The position numbers and the translations under genes were made by a program. Below are positions 1 to 12,062 of a DNA stretch of 64,000 nucleotides, one piece after another (position 1 is the first letter of the stretch; each line of letters opens with the position of its first letter). This DNA comes from Octopus sinensis (Eukaryota): positions 7,936,001 through 8,000,000 of the forward strand of contig NC_042999.1 of NCBI RefSeq assembly GCF_006345805.1, read 5' to 3'. The notes under the pieces are model-generated. The model saw only the letters and a program-made list of their open reading frames with translations. It was not told the origin of the DNA and did not search any database.

Positions 1-599
1 CGTTAAACGATGATGATGATGATGATGATATATATATATATATATATATATATCTGCATCCGATTGATTTCTTTTATTCCTCGAATTTTCCCAGCCCACC
101 CTTCAACTCATATTTTCACTGACCAAAGCTGGACCTCTCACTCCAGTGTCATAAATTATGACTATAATAGACTCACTAGTTAACTTTTATGATTGGTTAA
201 GATTCTTCAGTTGTTGTTGGTTACTGGTAGCTGTCTCTTTCATAGTCATGCTTCAATGGTCAGCTGTCTTTTCTAGTTTATATTTCCACTTCAGTTGTTA
301 CACAACAATGGAAAAACAAAAAAACATTACTTCCATTCTTACTCTCAGTAAGAGCCATTATCATTTCCCTTTCATCTTTTACTTGATTCAGTCATTAGAC
401 TGTGGCCATGCTGGGGCACCACCTTGAATTAGTTTAGTTAAATGAATTGACTCCAGATCTTTTTTTTTTTTTGAAAACCTGGTACCTACTCTATAAGCAG
501 GGCCAGGTTTCCATGGGGTAGAAGTGATTAACATCACCATAAAAACCCCTGAATGGGACATCAGTTTGTTTCAGGTTTTAAGGCTAGCAATTTTGAGTG

Positions 600-946
600 T
601 ACTCCCTGGATGGCTCCCACATTGGTGGCACATAAAAAGCACCATCTGAACGTAGCCAATACCAGTACCCCTTGACTAGCTCCCATGTCGGTGGCACGTA
701 AAATCACCATCTGAATGTTGCCAATGCCAGTACCCCTTGGCTGGCTCCCATGCTGGTGGCACATAAAAAGCACCCACTGCACTCTCAGTGTGGTTGGCAT
801 TAGAAAGAGCATCCAGCTGTAGAAACACTGCCCGACCAGACTGGAGCCTGGTGCAGCTGCTGGCTCTCCAGCCCTCAGTCAAACCGTCCAACCCATGCCA
901 GCATGGAAAACGGACATTAACCGATGATGATGATGATGATGATGAT
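600..946 (+). mobile_element. Repeat C: modular retroposon with ggcacgtaaaaagcacc subrepeats, conserved 3' body and (GAT)n tail
   Basis: Body gcacccactacactc...ggcattagaaagagcatccagctgtagaaac...aacccatgccagcatggaaaacgga then (gat)n; shared with about 15 other copies in the window. Confidence 0.85.
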
Positions 947-990
947 CATGGCAGCATCAATATTCTGTATGGACACTAAAATACTTTTCT

Positions 991-1249
991 TATAGAATGA
1001 GAATAACAAAAGAAAACGGGAAATGAGGAAAGCTTCCAACAATGCAGAGATCAAAGCTGTAAAACCTTTACACGACTGCCCATCCAGCTATCCAAGAAAC
1101 AGGGTCTAATTAAACACACATTCCTTTGACAGCAGCCTTCTGATGATGGGGCTTTATTCCTAAAATATATAAAGGATTTTCGACTTTCATCTCTGCCTTG
1201 TTGAAAGCTTTTCTCATTTCACCTTTCCTTTATTATTCCTTTTCTGTTA
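991..1249. mobile_element. MITE-like foldback element with ~70-80 bp imperfect terminal inverted repeats
   Basis: 1001-1070 aligns with the reverse complement of 1170-1238 (gaataa..aaatgag.aaagctt.caacaa.gcagagat.aaag...ccttta). Confidence 0.6.
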
Positions 1250-1257
1250 CAAGAGTA

Positions 1258-1450
1258 GGCGCAGGAGTGGCTGTGTGGTAAGTACCTTGCTTACCAACCA
1301 CATTGTTACGGGTTCAGTCCCACTGCCATGGCACCTTAGGCAAGTGTCTTCTACTATAGTCTTGAGCCAACCAAAGCCTTGTAAGTGGATTTGGTAGACA
1401 GAAACTGAAAGGAGCCTGTCATATATATATATATATATATATACATACAC

Positions 1451-1506
<56 letters not shown>

Positions 1507-1735
1507 GTATTTGTGTATATGTTTGTGTGTGTGTGTTTGTCCCCCCAACATTACTTGACAACCGATGCTGGTGTGTTTACATCCCTGTAACTTAGTGGTT
1601 CGGCAAAAAGAGACCGATAGAATACGTTCTAGGCTTACAAAGAATAAGTACTGGGGTCAATTCGCTTGACTAAAGGTGGTGCTCCAGCATGGCCACAGTC
1701 AAATGACTTGAAACAAGTAAAAAGACAAAGAATAA
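1258..1735 (+). mobile_element. SINE-A: full-length tRNA-headed SINE with internal (TA)n/(TG)n tract
   Basis: Head ggcgcaggagtggctgtgtggtaag...gggttcagtccc (A/B-box-like), CORE-like caccttaggcaagtgtctt, 3' end ctccagcatggccacagtcaaatgacttgaaacaagtaaaaga. Confidence 0.9.
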
Positions 1736-1975
1736 AAAGTGTATTTCAGTGTCCCTGCAGAATATTGATGCAACAGCATTTCATCCATTTTTATGTTTTG
1801 AGGTCAAAGGCCACCGAGGTCAACTTGACTTTTGATTCTTTTGGGGTCAATGAGCACTAATGTCGATGTAATCAACTTACCTGCTTTCCCAAAATTTCTG
1901 GCCTTGTGCCAAAAATTTGAAACCAAAGTTTCATCGCATTCCCTTCAAATAAGGGCTTGTAATCAAGCTGTTTCA

Positions 1976-2305
1976 TTAACCCTTTTGATACCAACCTGCC
2001 TGGGACTGCCCCTGCTTCTTTGATATGAACTTTTTGCTTACAGGGATCTCAATTAAAACCTCACATCAAAATCCCATGTTAATTTATGTTTCAAACACCA
2101 GCTTAATAACGACAGAATTATTTTAATTAATTCTTCATTATTTTCGAAAATTAAACGAAAGAAACGTAGTGCATTTCATTAGAAATGCGATAATGAAAAG
2201 GGTTAATTATGACAAAGTTATTTTACTAATTTCTTCATTCGTTTTCCAAATTAATTGAAACAAAAGCCAAGTGTTTTAAAAGAAATATGCTAATGGAAAG
2301 GTTAA
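1976..2305. mobile_element. TTAA-ended (piggyBac-like) MITE with tandemly duplicated right half
   Basis: Starts ttaacccttt (1976), ends aaaagggttaa (2206); a second right half ends ggaaaggttaa (2305). Confidence 0.6.
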
Positions 2306-2619
2306 TATATTTCTGCTCCATTTCAAATTCCTTTCGTATCTTCTGAACCATTGATAAAACGTGACATGATATCATCCCACACATATTTCATTTATTTCAT
2401 AAAACAATGTGGAAATTTAGCTTAAGGTGCAACTACAGCTCACTCTGCTTCGTGACTCAAAGTACATTATGCTTTCATCCAATATTCCATGCTAACACAT
2501 AATAATATATTCCATATTCCATGATGTCAGATATAAACATCCAATAATCTGTGTTGTTTGATATGAATAAATATGGAGCAAAATGTAAGCTCTTAATAAT
2601 TAGGGTCTGTAAAACAGTT

Positions 2620-3143
2620 TTTGCTGGGCCTCACAGAGGAAATGATGAAGACCGAGACCTTTGAAATATGCTGTGACTGTGAAGACCTGACAAATGAAGT
2701 GAGTTCATGGCTCTCAGGACGGCCTGCTGTGCTAACCTTGGATCGTAGAGTGACTCGCTGTTCTTGAGGAGACCTGTTGAGTCAAGTACGTCAACACCAA
2801 CATCAAAATGAAAATCAAATGGAAATTGTAGTCAAGATACCCGTGCCGGTGACACGTAAAAAGCACCATCCGAATGTGACAGATGCCAGCGCTGCCTGAC
2901 TGGCATTTATATCGGTGACATGTAAAGGCACCAACCGATCGTGGCCGTTTGCCAGCCTCCACTGGCTCCTGTGCCGGTGGCACGTAAAAAGCACCCACTA
3001 CACTCACGGAGTGGTTGGCGTTAGGAAGGGCATCCAGCTGTAGAAACACTGCCAGATCAGATTGAGCCTGGTGCAGCCTCCTGGCTTCCCAGACCCCGGT
3101 CAAACCGTCCAACCCATGCTAGCATGGAAAACGGATGTTAAAC

Positions 3144-3175
<32 letters not shown>
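2620..3175 (+). mobile_element. Repeat C, long variant
   Basis: Extra 5' modules (gggcctcacagagg..., cttgaggagacctgttgagtcaagt), subrepeats, conserved body, (gat)n tail. Confidence 0.85.
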
Positions 3176-3177
<2 letters not shown>

Positions 3178-3277
3178 GAGGCCAATCCCTTTTGCTTAAA
3201 CAAAGAATATTTCTGGAAAAGCCATAAGCATGGGGACTTCCCATTAGGCTCACCTCCACCACAAAACATACATTATC

Positions 3278-3555
3278 TTTTATCTTTTACTCGTTTCAGT
3301 CATTTAACTGTGGCCATACTGGGGCACTGCCTAGAAGTTCTTTTTGCCAAATTAATTGAACCGAGTGCTTTCTTTTGTTTTTTGAGCTTGATACTTATTA
3401 TATTGATCTCATTTGCTGAAATGCTAAGTGACGGAAATATGAACACACCAACACCAGTTGTCAGACAGTGGAGGGTGACAAACAGACACATACACACACA
3501 CACATATGATGGTCTTCCACACAGTTTCCATCTACCCAATTTCCTCACAACACTA
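3278..3555 (-). mobile_element. SINE-A, 3' portion
   Basis: Reverse complement of the SINE-A 3' half (cttttactcgtttcagtcatttaactgtggccat...). Confidence 0.8.
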
Positions 3556-3594
3556 TTATATCTCTGGAGCAGACAAGGTCACATGACTGAAAGT

Positions 3595-3935
3595 CGCTGA
3601 TTGAAACTGTGCGGAAGCCCATCATGTATACAAACATACATACATACACAAGCACACATACATACATACATATACTCACATATATACATACTTACACACA
3701 CACACACTAACACATATGTATGTGTGTGTCTTTGTGTTTGTCATCCCTGCATTGTTTGTCAGCTGGTGTTGGTTTGTTTACATCCCCATAACTTAGCAGT
3801 TCAGCAATAAATTCCAATAGAACAAATACCAGGCTTAAAAATCCATTAGGATCCCTATGTTTGACTAAGCCCTCCAAGACTAAACCATGCTCCAGCATGG
3901 CCACAGTCCAACGATTGAGATAAATAAAAGATAAA
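3595..3935 (+). mobile_element. SINE-A, 3' portion with (CA/TA)n tract
   Basis: gtttacatccccataacttagcagttcagc...ctccagcatggccacagtcc. Confidence 0.75.
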
Positions 3936-4295
3936 AAAAAAAAATGTTAAATAGCTAACACAAAGTCTGAGAGTGATTATGGTAATCGTCAAGAATTGAC
4001 ACCGAAACCATTTCATGTTTTTCAAATGAGACAAGCATCATTTAATATTCTCTGACATTGTCACATTCATTATTCTCAATCACCATTTTCTATTAAAAAA
4101 ACAAGAAAACCATCTTCAACAAAGCAGAGCTGAATGCAGACTGCCAGAACATTCTATAATGGTGTTGTCCTAGACCAGCGGTGCCGTAACTGTTTAGTGT
4201 GGTGGGCAAAAATTTCCCAAAACAACAAAGAGGTGTGCGGGAGGATCACAAGTTCTAACTCTTACATTCGTGTAAATCTTGTATATATATATATA

Positions 4296-4461
4296 GGTTC
4301 AGGAGTGGCTGTGTGGTAAATAGCTTGCTTACCAACCACATGGTTCTGGGTTCAGTCCCACTGTATGACACCTTGGGGAAATGTCTTCTACTATAGCCAA
4401 AAACTTGTGAGTGGATTTGGTATACAGAAACTGAAAGAAGCCTGTCATATATATATATTTA

Positions 4462-4518
<57 letters not shown>

Positions 4519-4536
4519 TATATATGTATATGTATG

Positions 4537-4607
<71 letters not shown>

Positions 4608-4810
4608 GTTTGTGTGCGTGGGTTTGTTTCCCCACCATCGCTTGACAACCAATGTTGGTGTGTTCACATCCCCGTAACTTAGCAGTTCGGCAAAAGAGAC
4701 CAATCGAGTAAGTGCCAAGCTTACAAAGAATAAGTCCAGGGGTCAGTTTGTTCGACTAAAGGTGGTGCTCCAGCATGGCCACAGTTTTATGAGTGGAACA
4801 AATAAAAGAA
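4296..4810 (+). mobile_element. SINE-A, full length with expanded (TA)n
   Basis: Head and 3' end match the 1258 copy; ~170-nt internal TA tract. Confidence 0.9.
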
Positions 4811-5559
4811 CAAAACAATATGTATGTAATTTTACATCATCTTAAGATGTGCGTAATGTTCTGGGATATCAAATGTTAGAGTCATTAATTTAAGTACCAT
4901 TTGAGCACTGGTATTGACATTATCAATTAGCCACTGTACCAGAAATTGCTGGCCTTGTGTCAAAATTTGAAACCAATATTTGTTAACTGACAAAGGGATT
5001 AATTCAATAGAGACATGCATCATATTTAGAGAAGCAGCGGATTACAAGATTGAAAGCACCAAAATATTTGGTTTATTTTTGATATGATTCTCAAATAAGG
5101 TCAATGTTGTTCTTTTACTCCTTGTTCTACTTTCATATTATTGGAATTAATAAAATAATTCCTGGTAATATTCTAAATTTGATTCAATTTCTTGTAATCT
5201 GATGCTCACGTAAGACGTTGGTCCTGCACCTGGTGGGAAATAAATCATTAATCAATCAGATGAGATCAATACATTATCAGTGATCTCTTCCTATCATGCT
5301 GCCGAAGCTTATTTGTTTTTGATCAATGAGAATGATGAGTTCAGTGTTTTCCTCTCTTACTAGTTTCAGCCATTGGACTGTGGCCATGCTGGAGCACTGC
5401 TTTGCGGGGGGGGGTGTACATGAACAGATCAATACCAAGACTTATTTTTTAAAGTCTGTTGGTCTCTATTGCCAAACTGCCAAGTTGTGGGGATGCAAAC
5501 AGACCAACACAGGCTGCGGCTGCCAGGTGATGAGGAAACAGGCATGTACATACATGTAC

Positions 5560-5925
5560 ACTGAAAGATTGGCACCCATGCCAGTGGCACGTAAAGAGCC
5601 CCTTTTGGGTGTTGGGCCTCACAGAGTCAAAGTGGCTGAGTTCCTTTCGAGTGTTGGGCCTCACTGAGGCAATAGCCAGGACCTTTGGCATTATGTCATG
5701 CTTGAGAAGAAGACCCATCAAGCCAAGCAAAATCACAGTCAAGGCATGTAAAAAGCACCCATTACACTCTCAGAGTGGTTGGCATTAGGAAGGGCGTCCA
5801 GCTGTAGAAAACCATGCCAAATCAGACTGGTGTCTGGTGCAGCCTTCCAGCTTACCAGCCTCGGTCAAACTGTCCAGCCCATGCCAGCATGGACAATGGA
5901 TATCATGTGATAATGATGATGATAT
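5560..5925 (+). mobile_element. Repeat C variant
   Basis: Conserved body plus (gat)n tail. Confidence 0.8.
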
Positions 5926-5963
<38 letters not shown>

Positions 5964-6378
5964 ATGCTGGGCTTCTTTCAGTTTCTACTTTCCAAATCCA
6001 ATCAAAAGCTTTTGATCAGCCTAGGGCTAGAATGGAAGACACTTGTGCAAGGTGCCACACTGTGGGACTGAACCCGAAACTGAAACTTGCTCAAGAACAC
6101 AATGCGTCACCGGGAATTGAACTCATGACCTTAGGATCATGAGCTGAATGGCTTAACCACTAAGTCACACGCCTTTACTGGTTTAATATAAAAGACCATT
6201 AGAATCAGTAGCAGGCTTAAAAATGAATTAAATAATCCCTGGGTTTGAATCGTTTGAGTAAATTTCTTGAAGGTAGTACTGCAGCATGGCCACAGTCCAA
6301 TGAGAGAAACAAGTAAAAGATAAAAGAACCAAGATATAGCCATGTGTTTTAGGATGGTTGTTTCCATATTCACTGATG

Positions 6379-6684
6379 GGAGGCACATGGCCTAGTGGTT
6401 AGAGCAGCAGACTCGCGGTCAAGGGATCATGGGTTCGAATCTCAGACCGTGCGATGTGTGTGTTTTTGAGCAAAACACCTAAGCTCCACGTGGATCCGGC
6501 TGAAGGTAATGGCGAACTTCTGCTGACTCTTTCGCCACAACTTTCTCTCACTCTTTCCTCCTGCATCTTGCAGCTCACCTGCGACAGACCGGCGTCCCAT
6601 CCAGGTGGGGAACTTATACGCCAAGGAAACCGGGAAACCGGCCCTTATGAGCCAGGCATGGCTCAAGAAGGAACAAACAACAAA
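6379..6684 (+). mobile_element. SINE-D: tRNA-headed SINE with 14-bp target-site duplication
   Basis: Head ggaggcacatggcctagtggttagagc...gggttcgaatctc; TSD catattcactgatg at 6365-6378 and 6685-6698; (aac)n tail. Confidence 0.9.
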
Positions 6685-7074
6685 CATATTCACTGATGCA
6701 ATGTTTTGGGATTGTCACAACTTCACCGACCGACTAACCAGCCAGCCAGCCAGCCAGCCATAGACGAAATATAAATTAAAATAGAATTTAGATTAAAAAC
6801 TGTGTTTTACTAATTTTCATGACCTTAAGGTACAGAAATGTGTTTCTTGTTTAATATCATGGAACTAGAGTTAGGAAAAATAAATTAGAACTACCCAGAA
6901 AAAAAATTATTTTATTAAATATTTGGGTTTTTTTTTTAAATGTTATTTCTTTTGGCGATTAGAAAAACTAAAAACAGAAACAAGTTCGTTACTGTATATT
7001 TCACAATAATTGATTTTAAATTAAATAACGATGCTAACTAATTAAAAAAATATCTTTGGTTTTAGTTGATTTAG

Positions 7075-7405
7075 GTGTGCACACACACACATGCATGTGA
7101 CTGCATGCTCGTGATGATGTAAGCACACACACACACACTCACACACACACATATGTCTACATGCACACACACACACACACACAAACCAACATCCACATAC
7201 ACACATGTCTGCATGCTCACACTGATGTAGGCACGTGTACACACACACATAAACACTTACACACACACACACAAACACTCACACACACACGTCTGCACAC
7301 ACACACGTCTGCACACACACACACACAAACACACACACAAACACTCAAACACACACACACAAACACTTACACACACACGTCTGCACACACACTCACACAC
7401 ACACA
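7075..7405. repeat. Degenerate (CA)n microsatellite
   Basis: Direct inspection. Confidence 0.95.
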
Positions 7406-8129
7406 AGAAATACCCAAAAAGCTTTAGGGTAAAAGAAAAAACAATACTTCTTCATTCGACAAAAATGAAAATGCAAGTTGCCAATAGGAATAGAAACGAA
7501 AAGTTTTGGTAAAATATTCAGACATCAAATTTGGAGATAATGATGATAATATAATTAATAATTTGTGATTACGGTGGATTCTGGGGGGAAGTAATAATCA
7601 TTCGAATCAATCCTGAAACTTGACTGATATTAATTTTATCAATCATGGTATTTTGTTTTTAATCACTCTTGCTGGAATGATATTTCTCCTGTCATATGAA
7701 CAGAGAAAATATAAAAAAAAACAAAAAAAAAACATGACTAATTCAAGAGAATAACATTGGTTGGAACTTAATCTTGGCCAGAAGAGTTTTAGAAAACTGT
7801 TATCTTCATTTCTTCAAGAATCCTTAGCAAATTAAATTCATGCAAAAATAGTTTGTCCCTAAATCATCATCATCGTTGTCGTCATTGTCATCGTCATCGT
7901 CATCATCATCATCATTTAACATCCACATTTCCATGCTCTCATGGGTCAGACAAAATTCATTGAGGCCAGATTTTCTTTAATTAGGTGCTCTCCCTATTAC
8001 CAACCCTCATGTAAAGTTGACCTCGACGCAATTTGAACTCAGAACATAGCGACAGGTGAAATACTGCTAAGCTTTTCAACCTGTGTGCTAACAATTCTGC
8101 TGGCTCGCTACCTTATAATAATAATATTG

Positions 8130-8560
8130 GTATGCTAGTGCCGCCTGACTGGCACCTGTGCTGCCTGACTGGCACCTGTGCCACTGACGTGCAAAAAGCA
8201 CCATTCGAGCGTGGCCAATGCCAGTGCTGCCTGACTGGCTCCTGTGCCAGTGGCACATAAAAAGCACCCACTACACTCTTAGAGTGGTTGGTGTTAGGAA
8301 GGGCATCAAGCTGTAGAAACCTTGCCAGATCAGATTGGAGCCTGGTGCAGCCATCTGGTTCGCCAGTCCTTAGTCAAACAGTCCAACCCATGCCAGCATG
8401 GAAAGCGGATGTTAAATGATGATGATGATGAGGAGGAGGATCCAGCTGTAGAAAGTGTGTCAGAACAGATAATGGAGCCTGGTGCAAGTCTCTGGCTTGC
8501 CAGCTACTCTCAAACTGTCTAACCCATGCCAGCATGGAAAGCGGACGTTAAACGATGACT
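8130..8560 (+). mobile_element. Repeat C with duplicated 3' terminus
   Basis: Full body and (gat)n to ~8430, then a second atccagctgtagaaa...aaacgatga 3' segment. Confidence 0.8.
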
Positions 8561-8634
8561 ATTTATGAGAAATTGCTTACTCATCCCTTCATTTCATTTC
8601 ATGGTGCTTAGTAGGGCTGTGGGGGTGAAGTGTG

Positions 8635-8985
8635 GGATGTGTGTGTGTGTGCATGTGTGTGTGTATGTGTGTGTATGCATGTGTGTATGTCTGTGTGTGT
8701 GCGTGTGCATGCATGTGAGTGTGTATGCATGCATGTGTGTGTATGCATGTGTGTATGTATGTATGTATATGAGTGTATGTGTGTGTGTGCGTGCATGTCT
8801 GTGTGTGTGCATGCATATGTAAGTGTGTGCGTGCATGCAAGTGTGTGTGTATGTATGTGTATGTGCATGCATGCGTGTGTGCATGTATGTGTGTGCATGC
8901 ATGCATGTGTATGTGTGCGTGTGCATGAGTGCATGTGTGTGTGCATGTATGTGTGTGTGTATGTGTGTGTATGTATGTGTGTTGT
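8635..8985. repeat. Degenerate (GT/GCAT)n microsatellite
   Basis: Direct inspection. Confidence 0.95.
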
Positions 8986-9654
8986 GGTCAAGAAATAAGA
9001 ATATTAAACCTTTGAGTTGAAATCTTGTAGAGTTGATTTCTTTCCCTCTTCTCGGCGGGGTGCAGTGGTGGTGGTGGTGGAGGGGGCTCAAATAGCCTAG
9101 TGGACCAATTTAATGAAATTCATCAATAAAATTGACATAATGCCTAAATACTACTGAAAGGATCGACTTATTCTATGAACAAAGAAGAAGGAAAGGAAGA
9201 ACAAGAAGAAGAAGGAGAAGAAAATACCAAGTACATAAAAGATTATTGGTTTTTCTTGTTTGTTGAACATTTAGACAATTTAACGGATTTTATGTCTTTG
9301 GTGTAATATTATTCTGAAGAATTGTAACAAAAACCTTTTGATATTTTAATACATACATAAGAGGGGGGGTGAGAGAAAAAAAGAGAGAAAAAAGGAAAAA
9401 GAAGCTAAAACATTATCTTTTACAATATTTATGAGAAAATAAACCCCAGACTATCAATTTGTGAAGTACTTATCGGATGTTGTTGTTTATCGGATGTTGG
9501 GTTGTGTGGAAGATAAGAAGATGAGAGAATGTGTTTGTTTGTTTGTTGTATGTCTTCATTATTCCCGTTATGACTCAGTCAAGAGCGAGCATCTTTATTA
9601 ACACAGCTCGGCTCTTTAGGAGAATGTATGGATTCAGGCTGCAGGGGATAATAA

Positions 9655-9666
9655 AGATGACGATGA

Positions 9667-9698
<32 letters not shown>

Positions 9699-9793
9699 AC
9701 GATGATGATGATGACGACGATGATGATGATGACGATGACGATGATGATGATGATGACGATGCCGATGACCATGATGATGATGATGATGATGCC

Positions 9794-9846
<53 letters not shown>

Positions 9847-9886
9847 CGACGGTGATGATGATGATGACAAGGATGATGATGATGAC

Positions 9887-9924
<38 letters not shown>

Positions 9925-10135
9925 CGGTGATGATGACGATGATGAAGCTGATGATGATGATGATGATGATGATGATGACGGTGATGATGATGATGACGAT
10001 GATGACGATGATGATGACGATGATGATGACGGTGATGATGATGATGACGATGATGATGATGATGATGACGACGACGACGACGACGATGATGATGATAGCA
10101 GTAGTAGTAGTAGTAGTAGTAGTAGTACTAGTAGT
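9655..10135. repeat. ~480-bp compound (GAT/GAC)n-(GTA)n trinucleotide array
   Basis: Direct inspection; source of the poly-Met and poly-Ser ORFs. Confidence 0.95.
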
Positions 10136-10336
10136 AATATTGGACCTAAAATTTTAGAGTGTGCAACTGTGTCCGATACCCAGGTAAACAGGAGGGTACT
10201 GCAGCAAGCATGGAAACTGCAGACACGAACCCAGGTGAAGCTGAATGTGTGGACGTTGATCTCATGCACAGATATTTGTTGGCATTTTGTGTGGGCCATG
10301 GTCAGCGATCATCTATCTTGGTCACAAGCTGACACC

Positions 10337-10337
<1 letters not shown>

Positions 10338-10368
<31 letters not shown>

Positions 10369-10700
10369 GCATCGTTTAACGTCCGCTTTCCATGCTAGCA
10401 TGGGTTGGACGGTTCGACCGGAGTCTGGGAAGCCAGGAGGCTGCACCAGGCTCCAGTCTGATCCGGCAGTGTTTCTACAGCTGGATGACCTTCCTAACGT
10501 CAACGTGAGTGTAGAAGGTGCTTTTTATGTGCCACCGGCACAGGTGCTAGAAGAGGCTGGAAATGGCCACGATCGGTTTGTGCTTTTTATGTGCCACCAG
10601 CACAGGTGCTAGGGGAAGCTGGCAATGACCACGATCGGTCGATGCTTTTTACGTGCCACCGACATGGAAGCCAGTCAAGGCGGCGCTGGCATCAGCCACA
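10338..10700 (-). mobile_element. Repeat C
   Basis: (cat)n, then cgtttaacgtccgctttccatgctagcatgggttggacgg... Confidence 0.85.
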
Positions 10701-10759
10701 TACAGATGGAGCTTCATCTATATATATATATATGTATAGAAGTAAGTGTATGTGGGTGT

Positions 10760-10990
10760 GTCCACCCCATACATCTTGATATCTTGTGATGGTCGTAAAC
10801 AAGCATCACTGTTATACAAATGGTGTTGATCTTTTCCAGTCTTCCATAAAAACATGTCTGGCCATGAGGAAATATTATGTTGCCTGTAAACAAGTGAGGA
10901 TTAGTGACAGGAAGAGGATCTGGTTGTATAGGGTATCTGCCACAACAAATTCTGTCTGATTTATGCCAAGCATGGAAAAGTGCAAAACCA
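10760..10990 (+). mobile_element. Repeat F (second family with a C-like 3' tail)
   Basis: gtaaacaagcatcactg...catgtctggccatg...gacaggaagag...aagcatggaaaagt; further copies ~43320-43520 (+), ~45050-45265 (+), ~52690-52910 (-). Confidence 0.65.
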
Positions 10991-11393
10991 AAATAGCGAT
11001 AATGGAGATGACTAGTTATTTTTTCTCAAGAGGAAAAAACAACAAAAAAAAAAGAAAAAATTCACTGCAGCAAATTGATAGAGATGATCGGTAGAAGTAC
11101 TGTTAAATAGCAGAGATGAAGAATTGTGCTATTATTGGCTGCATCTGGAACCAGCAGAAAAGTTCACAACAATTCCTGCGCTTTACACTTGGAAATCAAT
11201 TTTCTAAAACAAACTCTTGATAACAATGCAGCATTGATCCGGGTTCTGAAGAAGAAAAAAAAAACAATATCAAGTTGCGATAAATTCTTGGAAACAGAGT
11301 TTAATTAGACATGTTGGTAGCGTCTTTCATTTTTGTCTCTGGATTGCAAAATTCGTGATGTGAAGTCATGAAATAATAATAATGAAATTATTG

Positions 11394-11780
11394 GAATCGG
11401 AATCGAAATTGAACCAATCCTATAACTGGTATTTGGCAGATGCCGGGACCCCTGGACTCGAGATACGTAAAAAGCACTACCCGAATTGTGGCTGATGCCA
11501 GCGCCGCCTCGACTGGCTTCCGTGTCGGTGACATGTAAAAACACCATCTGAGCATGGCCGTTTGCCAGCCTTGTCTGGCACCTGTGTCGGTGGCACATAA
11601 AAAGCACCCACTACACTCATGGAGTGGTTGGCGTTAGGAAGGGCATCCAGCTGTAGAAACATTGCCAGATAAGACCGGAACCTGGTGCAGCCTTCTGGCT
11701 TCCCAGATCCCCGGTCGAACCGTCCAACCCATGCTAGCATGGAGAACGGACGTTAAACGATGATGATGATGATGATGATG
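11394..11780 (+). mobile_element. Repeat C inserted in the CR1 3' UTR
   Basis: Splits aatgaaattattg|tatacagtgctcagg, which is contiguous at ~29720. Confidence 0.85.
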
Positions 11781-11832
11781 TATACAGTGCTCAGGTGCAC
11801 CACAACTTGACAAAAGTGCGTATAAAGTATAT

Positions 11833-12062
11833 ATTTCTTTACTACCCACAAGGGGCTAAACACAGAGAAGACAAGCAAGGACAGACAAATGGAATAAGTC
11901 GATTACATCGACCCTAGTGTGTAACTGGTACTTATTTTATCGACCCCGAGACGATGAAAGGCAAAGTCGACCTCAGCGGAATTTGAACGCAGAACGTAAC
12001 GACAGACGAAATACCACTAAGCCTTTCGCCCGGCGCGCTAACGTTTCTGCCAGCTTGTTGCC
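11833..12062 (-). mobile_element. SINE-B, full length, with ~17-bp TSD
   Basis: TSD gtg(c/t)gtataaagtatat at 11816-11832 and 12069-12085; empty site seen at ~14370. Confidence 0.9.

Noticed and set aside
6379-6450. tRNA-like sequences here and at 25503, 40757, 51156 and 54668
   Set aside because: They lack a complete acceptor stem and continue into repeat bodies; SINE heads, not tRNA genes.
9531-10299. 208-aa poly-Met and 221-aa poly-Ser ORFs
   Set aside because: Both strands of one (GAT)n array; no flanking coding evidence.
4040-11245. Strong minus-strand acceptors at ~4089, 5229, 7688, 9638 and 11245 followed by short peptide-like frames (e.g. AGPTSYVSIRLQEIESNLEYYQELFY*, PGSMLHCYQEFVLEN*)
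   Set aside because: Each ends in a stop within ~30 codons, with no recognisable homology or convincing donor. T-tract plus AG is common by chance in this composition.
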